NCBI RefSeq assembly: GCF_022539665.2
Contig: NC_081333.1
Coordinates: 12,400,001-12,464,000, forward strand
Direction of reading: 5' to 3'
DNA length: 64,000 nt
Source: Daphnia carinata
Lineage: Eukaryota
Shown here: in pieces, positions 15,500 to 26,535 of the stretch
Numbering within the stretch: position 1 is the stretch's first letter
Layout of the letters: each line of letters starts with the position of its first letter
Notes under the pieces: model-generated
Seen by the model: the letters and a program-made list of their open reading frames with translations, nothing else
Databases searched by the model: none
What the model was told of the DNA's origin: nothing
Program-made: the position numbers and the translations under genes

Positions 15500-17316
15500 A
15501 AAAACACGCACAAAACAAAAAGAACATCATCACCCACTGCACTTTGTTTCTCTCAGTCTGATTCGTTCAAATCTCGTTGATTGCAATCTTGATTTCGTCT
15601 CAGTTTAGGTCTCGGTATTTTTTTTTATTGCTTTGGTTTTTGTTTATTATCTTGGTCGTTTGTCTCAAGTCTGCCCCCCCCCCCCCTTTTTTTTTATTTG
15701 AGCGGCTCGGAACCCCATCGTGTTGATTATGTTCCCTAGCACATCTAGGAGGTTGCCAATTGCGAGGCTGTTAAAAATCGTTGGCATTTTTTCTTTGTTT
15801 CGTTAGCCATCTTCGTTGCTATATGCATGAAGTGTGTATGCCGTTTATTATGCACTGCCATTTGTATAGGTTTTCTGAGTTGGCATTTCAGTCCCCGGCT
15901 ATAAAATAGCGAAAGAGATGAGACGTGATGACAAAGACGTTTTCATGGGCACATGAATGTCTTGTCATCTAGTCACGAATGGCATCTAAACCAAAATCAC
16001 ACACTACCAGCGGTTCAAAATATGAAAAGATTTTGGAGCGTTTCGATATGAGTAAGTCAGTGGGCGAGCCAAAAATATTTGAGGACCATGGACCCAAGAA
16101 CATTAGCCGCATCGTTCATTTCTTCCCTTACACAGCTATGCTTAAATGATTTTTGTCTTTTTAATTTCTTTATTTATTTATTTTTTTCTCGTCATTTCAT
16201 GATGTTCAACCAAACAGGGAATTCGCTTGATCCGTGTAATTGATTGATGGCTGTTAATTATCACTCCCGATTCTCGTGAACCATATCATCGCTTGATCTC
16301 TTTGAGCCGGTCGTTAATCAAAAATTCACCTGTCCCTCTCTCGAATGAAAAGAAAAGCGGTGCCAACTTAAGTATTAAGAGAATTTCGAGAATGAATTGT
16401 TTGAGTAAACAAACTTTTAATCTTTAGCGGATATTAATCGCTGATCAAATGCAAAATGAAAGAGACTACAGAGTCTAATTTTTAATTGATTATACGGTGA
16501 CGTGTTGTCTTTCGTCTTATCGGTGCTTGCACGATTTGTCCCCACCTCAATCACCATTTTTATTTATCGCTTTCGTTCCCACACCCGAATTTCTTAACGC
16601 CGTGCGTGTCATCATACATAACCTGCGCATTGTAACAGCGTTCACGTTCTGGCTTTTCACGTTTCTGTTTTTAACCACTCCATTGCTGATTGTCCTTACA
16701 CTACATATTTGTCGAAATAAAAAAAAAAACAGAAATTACGCTCTCCCCCCCTCCCAAAAAAAACCTGTGTGATAAAACAAAGCAAAAGAAAAAAAACTGG
16801 TGCGAAATTTCTTTTAGCACAAAAATAAAAAACACAAAAAAAAACAAATGAATACACGTTTAACGAGTTATGTTCTGCTGCTTTGAATTAACGCATCCAT
16901 CCAATTAGCATTGGCTTCTATAACAAGCAATCACGAATAACAAATCATTTCATTTTCTTTTTCTACAATATTCGCCGAATTCATGGCAATTCTATGGAAA
17001 TCACGGATCGCTTAGCAAATTAACAAACAACGTCGGTTTCGAATCGGTTACAATGGGTTTAGTCTTAAAAACGTGTGCACAATCATCCCAGTTAATAATC
17101 TTGTCTCTATAGTGAATTCTTTTTCATTTTTGATTGATCCAAACAAACTTTGGATGTGTCTGGAAGTATCAACAGTAGTTGCGTTGTTTCTAAAGCTCGT
17201 TTTATTCCGTTTTTGTTGATTTCTTTTCTTTTCGTTTTTTTTTTTTTTCGTTATCTTTTCTTTCCCACCACCTTCTTTTCTTTTTGTTTCATTATTTTTC
17301 CAAACGCGCAATAAAG

Positions 17317-17639
17317 AAAAATTTCGTCGCGAGTTTGGCATTGCCATGAACTGCTGTTCTTCCGATGTGGATAAACGTCATGGACGAGAAGAACGTACAA
17401 CTCATAACATGAGTCCCTCTCCGAGCGTCGTCACCAGTTTAACACGGACACCCAAACAACATCAGCGCCAACCGTCGGGATTCTTCAGCAGCCAACAGCC
17501 GACAAGATCTTCGTCCAAGAGTGGGAATAGTCCACCCAGTTCGAAGAGGAGAAACGGCGCTTCACCGTCGGCCGAAACCATTTTACTTTGCACGATGCCT
17601 TCTTCTAATTACACGCTTGTCAATACGGCTAACGAATAA
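17317..17639 (+). CDS. Alternative terminal coding exon B of the GPCR
   Basis: A long polypyrimidine tract precedes AG at 17315-16. A phase-1 join to exon 14001-14113 gives NFMS-EKFRREFGIAMNCCSS..., paralleling GKFRKEF of exon A. Stop at 17639; AATAAA near 17998-18003. Confidence 0.75.
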
Positions 17640-19333
17640 TGCTCATTAAATTATTCTGGCGTTTGAAATCATTTCGTGAAAGGCAAAAACATAACAAAAC
17701 AAAAAAAAAATTGCCGTGCTTTTTTTTTAATATATCGTGTTTTACTTTTAGTCGTCTGTACTTTAAAACGCTCTCTGTTCAATCTTTATTCGATGTCATT
17801 TTGCTTATTAAACATTGGATATTCATGCAAACGAAATTCCCCTGAAGGAGGTAGACGTTTAAGTAATACCATTTCGACAATGATTAAATGTGTCATCGTT
17901 TTTATATACTCGTGCTGTCAGTTCCTGGCTGATGGGGCCATCAATCAATAAGTGTCGTCTCATCGTTTATTGTTTGTATAATCAAAATTGGTTGTAGAAT
18001 AAATACACTGTATCTATTCTATTGCGGTCATTCATTACCTGTCCCGACTTTATTTTTTTTCTGTGGTCCATTTTCTAAAATGAGTTAGGGAACCTCTGAC
18101 GTACAAGGGCGGTATCTGTCCAGCCCCGTGTTATCAAGCGGGTCGTGATTACGCAAATGAGAGGGTAATTTAGAGTCAGAGTTAGAGTAGCAGTCCCTTA
18201 GAACGGTGAGCTGCAGTCTAGCCTACTTTACAGAGAGAGTCGTGAGGCTTCTCAGCTACACGCGTAAATGCCATCGGCTATGTCTAGATTACTCCTGCGA
18301 GTCCCTCATGCCGACGTCATTCATCCATCATTGCATTAGACATGCATATGTTGCATAACGTTTGGCATTTATTACGTGTACGTGCCACTCATTCTAACGC
18401 ACGTCGATGGCTAACGGGATACTAGCAGCCGCTTACTCTTTTATTTTTAAAATTTGATTTCACAGTACCATCGGTGTAAGAGCCATACGAAACGTTAGCG
18501 TATGACGCAAATGACACAGGAGGTTGACGTCGGCCATGAGCGAATGCACCGTTTTTCACCGGAATGAGCCCTACCGTAGTTGGTAAACTTGACGGTGAAA
18601 TGCCCGACGGGCTCACGCCTATAAGCATAAACGAATCCTGATTATTCAGGACGCAACTTGACCTGCAACTGACCAGACGTTGTTTTGCCAAAACACTCGG
18701 CTTATCTCGCACCTTCAGGGTATGTCTTTTGGTCTTCCTATCCAACTCATTTTTATGTCTCGGTTAGCAGAGCTAAGGGGGAACAACCTGCGTGAAAAAC
18801 GCCTGCTTCGTGCATCTACCCATCCGCTTGTGTCGTGTAACGTTTTTATGGACTTCGCCAAGGTCGGTATACTCTAAAAGGAGCCTACGATAAATTACAA
18901 GCGAAATTCCAAGAGCGACTCCAGTGTAACTACTTCAGCAGAGGAAATTGATTCGCCTATTTCTTAAGCGGTTGGCTGAGCCGGCCTGTAATAGTGATTA
19001 TTACGTGAGTTGGCGTTACACCTTGAAATGCTCGTTGAATGCAACTGGCCAAGAAAAAACGAATTTCGAGTTGGACGTAAATCAAGTAAAAAATTGGGTA
19101 GTAGCCTAAAGTGAGGAGATTCGGTTAGGAAGTGCGCACGCTTGCCCTTCTTGGCTGGCAAGGTAAAAACGTCCTGCGGACACACGAGCCATCCGAAGAG
19201 TCAGACGAGAAGGTGACGCCTATCACTGCAACAAGACTACGCAGCAGAAAAAAAAAACAAGCGTGATGTTCTAATTCAGTTTTATCTTGTTCTTAATCAT
19301 TCATTATTGTCGACGGTTTCTTCTTTTTGCGCT

Positions 19334-19478
19334 GGGAAATTCCAACGTCCTTCGCTTTAAAAGAAAAGAAAATTTCTTGTTCAAAATGCTGCTCGAAAGA
19401 GAGAAGCCAAATTTCGGTTGTTGCAAAGGGGGGAGGCATCTTGCGTTTCGGGAGCTTCAACTTCCGCAGGGTATATAA
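19334..19478 (+). promoter_or_regulatory. Putative promoter of the small peptide gene: kB-consensus site plus TATA box
   Basis: GGGAAATTCC at 19334-19343 matches GGGRNNYYCC; TATATAA at 19472-19478 lies about 95 nt before the ATG. Confidence 0.5.
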
Positions 19479-19569
19479 GGCGAGTAGAAAAAGCTTTACC
19501 TTCCACAGTCGTACCGATCGAAGAGCTGAAAACTGCAGGAGAGGAAAAAAAAGCAACTGATTTTGCATC

Positions 19570-19866
19570 ATGAACAAGGTTAGCTCTAAATTTAATTCTG
19601 ACCAACGATTGCCCGGCCATCGACGTTTATGGCTTTAGTTTTTTACGGTTCATGCAGCGCACATAAAAATTTTAAATTTTTTTTAGGGAATTCTTATCTT
19701 GTTGATGTTGGTTGCCGTTTGCGCCGTGATAACAATGGCGCAAATTGAATACGCTGAACTACCGCAAGCGGAATTCGACTTGGACGGCGACGCAAGCCGC
19801 CGCGCTCGTTACTATCGGCCACAACGGAGACGCGGCAGCCGTTTCCCCGGTTGGCTTTTCGGTTGA
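19570..19866 (+). CDS. Small secreted cationic peptide precursor (62 aa)
   Basis: Exons 19570-19578 (MNK) and 19687-19866 give MNKGILILLMLVAVCAVITMAQIEYAELPQAEFDLDGDASRRARYYRPQRRRGSRFPGWLFG*. It has a hydrophobic signal, an acidic pro-piece, an Arg-rich tail and a terminal Gly. Not in the ORF track. Confidence 0.8.
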
Positions 19867-21109
19867 AAAAAAAAAGTGGACGAAATGAATCATCATCGGC
19901 AGCCTTGTTATTGGATTCCGATTCATCCGGACGGAATTATTTCTTTAAAAATGGGGTGTACTTCTTTCCTTTTGTTTGTTCGTGTGTCCATATCCATCGT
20001 TGAGATAACCAATATATTTGGTGAACGTTTAACGCACAGTCTACAATGGATACGTGTATGAATTAAGATAACGACAAGTATTCAAATTGTAAAAAAAAAA
20101 AATCGTTTAAATCTTGCAAGGTCAATGCCTATTTACCAAGTTGTCATGGCGAAAATGGTTTGAACCAATCCAGTTTTATTCGGCTGATTTTTGGTATACA
20201 TCCAGAAGCACTGGAAGAACTCCCATTTGCCATCTTGAAAGACTTGGGTAATGGCTAAGACGGAAACAAAAACAATTTCATTTAGAAGAAACAATGAAAT
20301 GGGCTGGCTTAGTGAAACAACGCAATAAGAAAAAAAAATGCTTTTTAAAAAAATCCTTAAGTGGGCAACTGAAGCAAGTCGAATGAATTTAGCGTGAATC
20401 ACGATGAAAAATAGATGTCAGAGCCAAACAGTTTTTGAAGACTTGTTTAATGCGTGCTTCCCTCTTCAGCGTCGTCCTTCACGTTCAAGGCCTCATGTCA
20501 TACATATTGGAGCAGCATGAATAAAGAGGCGTGTGAACGAGCCCCACCCTTGACGTCCTTCTGCGTTCAGTCACCGTGATCTCGGGAACCGTGAGTGAGA
20601 TGCAACTTTTTTGATCGTCTTTTGATTTGCGCTTCTTCTTTTTCTGTAGGGATGTGAATACGTGCCGAACCGGACGATTGCTGGGATCGGCCATCGGTGC
20701 GGCGACCGAGTTCAGGGTCGTGAAGTAAAATGGGCCCCGAAGCAACTAGTGCACTATAAACTTGCCTAGTCACACGTACATTTGTACGTGTGTAATCCCA
20801 TCGAAAAACTACAGGACAATCATTTCAATTAAAGGCCTTGATCGGAACGTGTTCTTACACGAACACGATAAAAACGAAAATAGAAATGCAGCGACTTACA
20901 CCAATAGCATCAATGACCTCGAACGTGGAAATGCGCTTTACCCTTTCCGCTTTTAGAATCGAAAAATTCGTATTGACCATAAAAAAAAAAATGAACTAAA
21001 AACTAATTTGATTTGGTTCTCCACCATTTTTATTCGTTTACATGTACAGCTAGGCTGTTGAGGTTAAAATACATATATGTAAATTTAATTAATTAAATTA
21101 CACCGATGA

Positions 21110-23109
21110 TTATCCGCTAGTGGCTGACGAAAGGCAGGGCTGTTGAGTGTACGTTAGGCAGAACCCCCAGTTTTCGGCTTCAGCCGCAGTCACGAGAAAT
21201 TCTTTCGAGTCCGTGTAGAAACGAACTTCGAAAGGTCGCCTATAGCCTTTTTGGGGAGGCAAATTTTAATTGTTTATAGTTATGAAATTCCAAAAATAGC
21301 GGCTCAATCAATTAGAATGACTTACTGTACAGTGAAGTTGTTGCCATTGTCGAATCAGTGGTTACCGTAAAACCCGTGATGCCGCAAAGTTTACTTGCGC
21401 AACCGACTGTCGCTCCCACCGACGTAACGATGGAGTTGGCTTGATCGGAGACGCATGGAATCTGAAGCCAATCGAATGGGCAATCCGCATCCATAAGCGT
21501 ACCGGTGGCAACAGTGCCAGCAGCAACAGTCGAGATTCCATAAGGATACGTAGCCGTCGGTGTGCACAAATCATATTTAACTCCACAAAAACCCTATCGT
21601 ATGAATCAATATCGATTACGAAATCCGAGTTGTTTTACATAAGCTATGAATTGATAGCCCGTTTTACTTGATTGGTTCGGATGCACATGGTGTAATCTTG
21701 ATATGCCAAGTGTTGAACTACCGGAGTAGTGGCGTATTGGTAGTTGAACGAAACCAATGTGCCAGAAGCCTCGGTGAACCACTGCAGGCAGTTGTCTGGA
21801 GCTGCGTATTACGGACAATTAGTTTTCGGATCATCAGTGTAAATGATTCATTTTTTAAATTTGTATCGAAATGTTTCACAAGACTGAACAAAATCCCGGC
21901 ATTGCCAAGATGTTCCAGTTTGGCAGCACTTACCCGTATAATCAGTGTTTTCGGGAATCTGTTTTGATTAAAAATTGAGCCAAATATTTGTAAGTTTAAT
22001 TGCTTTAAATAGAAATTTTTCATGTAAGCATACCTGGATGACCCTGATGTTCCAGTAACGAGATGTACTTGTTCCCGATGTGATTATGCTAAGGGTAACT
22101 GTACTCGTTCCAGGTCCGATGTTGATGTACACTATTATTTAACGTAACAATAGAGAACAAAATCAGGTAAATGCGTCCCGGTATGTTGTTAGTTCAATTA
22201 AATAAAATTTGATGTGGTATAGCTCACTGTGCTGGTTGGAATTGGCTCCACATATAGCTGGGACGATGTTGGCCGCACCGGAAACAGTAAAAGAATCAGT
22301 TATACACTGACCAGTGGTACTAAGCGTAGCCGAATCCGGCTGAGCCAAAGTGAAGGTTAAAAATTCTAATCTATTCAACAAAAAAAAGAAAATTTTATGC
22401 AACCGCATTTCTTTTGCTTTAACGAAAGACTCTAATTTTGTACCGGAGTTGGTCGACATCAGAAGAGGCTCTGCTAACAAACAGGGAGCATTGGCCAGCT
22501 GTGGTGTATGCCGAACTGAATCCATTATTTTGCCAATATGTGTTGTTCAAACTGGTTGTTGCACCGCACGTTTGGATGGTCACTTGAAAACAAAAACAAT
22601 TTGTGTAATAGTTAATGATGGACGTGTATTGTTAAACTTACAAACACAACAGACGCCGAATCCCGAAGCGCAGGTACCGGACGCTGTTCCTCCTTTGGCA
22701 GAGCACTCGGCAGTTGTCAAACATGTCCCTGAATAGATTTCAACAGTTACGCGATACAACGAAGACTAAATTTAATGAAGAATTATTTTTTTCGTACCGT
22801 TGTAAGAATTGGATGCCACACACAGCGTGTTCGGGAAACGGACGATGGAAAACAAAGAAAGAACTGCATTCGACAAGAAAAGGGAATCAATTAAATAATA
22901 TTAATAAACTACGTCAGCTAAATTTGAGCCGAAAATGGATTAGATTAAACGTAGTGACGTAACAACTCACATTTTTCCTCTCTCTGGCCTTCTGACCCTG
23001 TGCTGTTCCTTATCTGTGTTCCTGACGAGCTCGCATCTGCACAAGCTGCAAATTGTATCAATAATGCAATGACGAGCATCAGTCCTGCACTGCGGGCGGA
23101 TAAACCCAT
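21110..23109 (-). CDS. Secreted Cys-rich CUB-domain-like protein (arthropod expanded family)
   Basis: Multi-exon gene with a signal peptide (MGLSARSAGLMLVIALLIQFAACA). Motifs: FSIVRFPNTLC, NGTCLTTAECSAKGGTASGTCASGFGVCC, PAICGANSNQH, APDNCLQWFT, SFNY, CPFDWLQIPC, KLCG, RPFEVRFYTD, GFCLTYTQQPC. Includes a 25-nt microexon at about 21934-21958. TATAAAA at 23211-23217. Confidence 0.8.
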
Positions 23110-26100
23110 TTTTTTGTTTGTTTTGTTTTACTAGAACAAATAAGTTGATGTGATATCGTCAACGACTCCGTGTCTTCAACTGCTGAATCAAGGTATCACG
23201 TCGGTTGGCTTTTTATAGTGGCAATACGAGGAAATCTTAGAGCTACTGCAATCTAGGAAAATGCTATGATGTACTGTTGAAGGTGCAATGTGGTCATCGT
23301 TAATTCGTTGAATACTTCAAGTAAAACGAATTCATCCTTATTGTGCCCTGACTGCAATTGCCAACATAAGAACATTTGGTTTTAGACGTTTAATCGCAAC
23401 ATTTTCCTTTGGATATTAGTCAAATGTGTTGATATGAAATCATTAGTCAATTTAAAAAGTAGTTGGGAGAGCTGACATAAATGACTGTGAAAAAAAAAAT
23501 ATACAAAATTGTAGGATCATTAATAATAGCCTACGCATAATGTTGGACAATTGGGATATGTTTACAACACATAACCACACGGAAAAGTTATCCATTGTTA
23601 ACGCATCCTGACGATGCAATAACAACAGATGTCCTTCATACTATAGAAGATGAATTCGTACGGGAAGCGGTTTGCGGTTAAAGTATGGTCAGCATGTCCC
23701 TCCAACGAAGGACAGATGCTGGCCAGCTAACCATTCATTTTTTTTTTTTTTTTTTTCTAGGATGATCTTCGTTATTTATAAGGTTGGAGTGAATTTTCGA
23801 GCAGTAGTCATCTCACCTTTATCGCTGTAGATCGTACTGTATACCCCTTACTATTTATTTTCAGATTAGGTGTAAATGATTCGTCAGGAGGCGGAGAGGG
23901 GGGAGGATTTTAAAGCTTCATCGGGTATTTTGGCCGTTTAGGTGCACAGATATGAAAAAAAAAAAAAGAAAAAAAAAATTCTTACACGTGCATCATATAA
24001 ATTTGTTGTTGGATTAGGAACCTTCTTTAAACGCTTCTAACTATAGAAATTCACTGTCGTAGGAAAGGCCAATCAAGTTTCCCTTCTGAAGCTTCTTCCA
24101 CATGTCTTTACGAATCACTTTCTTGAGAAAAAAAATATGGTGCATGAAACTATGCCGAAGGCAAGGCATGGCCGGTAGGTCCAGTGAAACCAAGTTATGA
24201 CCACGATAAGTTATTGCCAACACTATGTGACCTGAATGTTTAGTCGATTCTTATAACTGGTTTGCCTGACAATGATTGCCTGGAGTAAACCAAACCGACG
24301 GCTATCAATTGGAGAGCCTTTTATCTTGGGTTTATCCTTAAATAAGTATTTGCTTGAATGAATTCGATCTAGGGCGATAGTCCATCGTGCTGGAGCTTTT
24401 TGGGATGAAATGCATAGCCTGCACATGCGTACGTTATCACAGTCCAAAGCGAACTTTCGCTTCTTAAATAAATTGACAAAGCGCCTCTCCTGACCTAAAT
24501 TTTCGTCACAAATGAAAACAAGAGTTTAAGCTCAACTAGTACTAGTCAGAATTACGGTCTGAAAAGTTTATGTTCAAATGAAAAGCAACGTCGATTCCAA
24601 CATTTTACTTTCAAATAGTTCCATTGTCTATTATTTAGAATTCTAATTGGCGAATGGATAGACGAAAATGAATTTCGCCAATGTAATATAAGAAAAAACA
24701 GGTTTTCAGGATTTAATTCTTCAATTGCTAACGAGTTGCTGGTTCGGTGAAAGTAAGCCTTAACTGTTTCAGCTCACTTTCTGGTCGTATAATACTTTTG
24801 CCATTCACAGCGAGAAAGATTTAAGAGGGATTAGTATTCTTTGCACGAACGGAAACCAACAGTAATGTATTACATGCAATTTTGCTATCTCATGTAAGAA
24901 GCGAACTGGACTCTGGACTTTGGTCCAACGTCGTACGGATGGAATTTCGCTGTTAAGGTGGGTCATCCAGTTTTTATTTTTTATTTTGTGACGGGTTAAG
25001 CCGAATATGAATCGTCGCGTTATTTTCATACACGTATTCAAGTTTTTCCTGTTCCAAATTACATATTCAGAATCTGCTTGGGTTGACCGAAATAACTACC
25101 TCAATCCGCTCAGTTTCAAACTTAGCCAGCGGGATCATTCAAAATGAACATTATTTGGCGGCGATCCGTGGGTTACCCGGGTTTTAGCAAACCGGGGCAA
25201 AACCCTGGCGGACGAGCGATAAAAAAATAAAATCTGGCAACGTTTAGCTGCCAGGAGATAGGGTGTCTGTATACTGCACTCGTGCCACAAGACTATTTCC
25301 TCGTTTGGATTGACTGGAAAAGGGCGTGCTCTACTCTCTCCTAGTGTTATAGCTCATCTGTTCCGATTTCACATTTTAGTTTTGGCTGGAATACTGATAT
25401 TCCAGCCGTACCTATGACCAGTTCGAGTAAGTAAAAAAAATTTTGTGGCGCGTGTTCGTGAATACTCGTCGTTATCCAGTTTTTGGGAGTACAATTGAAC
25501 GAAACTGTGTGTAATGTTGTAGTTTGAAAATCGAAGTTGTCCTGAATATTTCAAGACCGTTCGATATCTCCTGTTACCTATCGTGGGATGAACATGGAAA
25601 GACCCAATTCTTTTTGCCAACACTTGCCACGAGTGTATCTCTAGAGAATTTATTTAAAAGAATTGTTATCATGCTATCCCCACATCACGCCACTTTCTTA
25701 TCTTTTTCTAGCCAGATAACAAGGTGCAAATAATAGTCGTAAAACAAATACTTTCTGTTTGCCTCACTTCTTGTCGCACTCCCTCGAGCTCTGGTTACTA
25801 TGTTTTTACACTTGAATGGCCTTCGAACACAGTTTCCTCGTTTTACCACTTTCATAACCCGATTCAACGGGTAAAAGAATAGGCTTATGTAACGTATGGT
25901 AGCTGTATTTTTTAGAGAAAAGTGCATACAAAATCCAGCCTTGGGGTTAGTATAGTGTTTGCTGGGCAAAGGGCACGTGAGAAGGGAACATTGTGATGTG
26001 AGGGGTGGTTTTATAGGACATTTGAAAAAAGATAAGGTGCACCTGTCGCACTTGCACCCACTTATTTTCCCATTGAGTTCAAACCAACGTAAACAAAAGA

Positions 26101-26535
26101 CCACGTGGTGTAAACACCAGCACTACAGATAGCCTTTCGACGCCAGTTTCTCTTGTGGTGATTCCCCCGTAGCCACCGACTCCCACGTCCTTTTAGTAGT
26201 AACTAAGCGCATTATTGGGTAGTAAAGTTGCATTCCTTCTTGGAAATCAACATAACTAAAAGCATATTCGTATTTATTGTTGAAAACGTTGTTACTGCAC
26301 GCCTCCAGAGCAAGTGAAAGCTTGTTTACAACTAAAACTTTCTCGTTTTCTGTTTTGGGCTGATCCATACGTGCTGCGAACGTCACACTTTGGCGCTTCT
26401 TTGGTTGAGCGTTTTTCTGAATAGCTTTCCAAATTTCGACTTTCTCTCACAGGTCTTCAACCTCACTGCCGACGTCTGCTGTTTAACCATTCCTGCATTA
26501 ATATATTGTGTTGAAAGCTCTATCACTAAACAAAA

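Noticed and set aside
18422..18745. Minus-strand ORF of 107 aa with coding-like composition
   Set aside because: No motif or convincing exon partners; cannot be supported without expression data.
20485..20773. Two overlapping minus-strand ORFs in a GC-richer patch
   Set aside because: Neither frame shows a signal peptide, a domain or clear splice sites.
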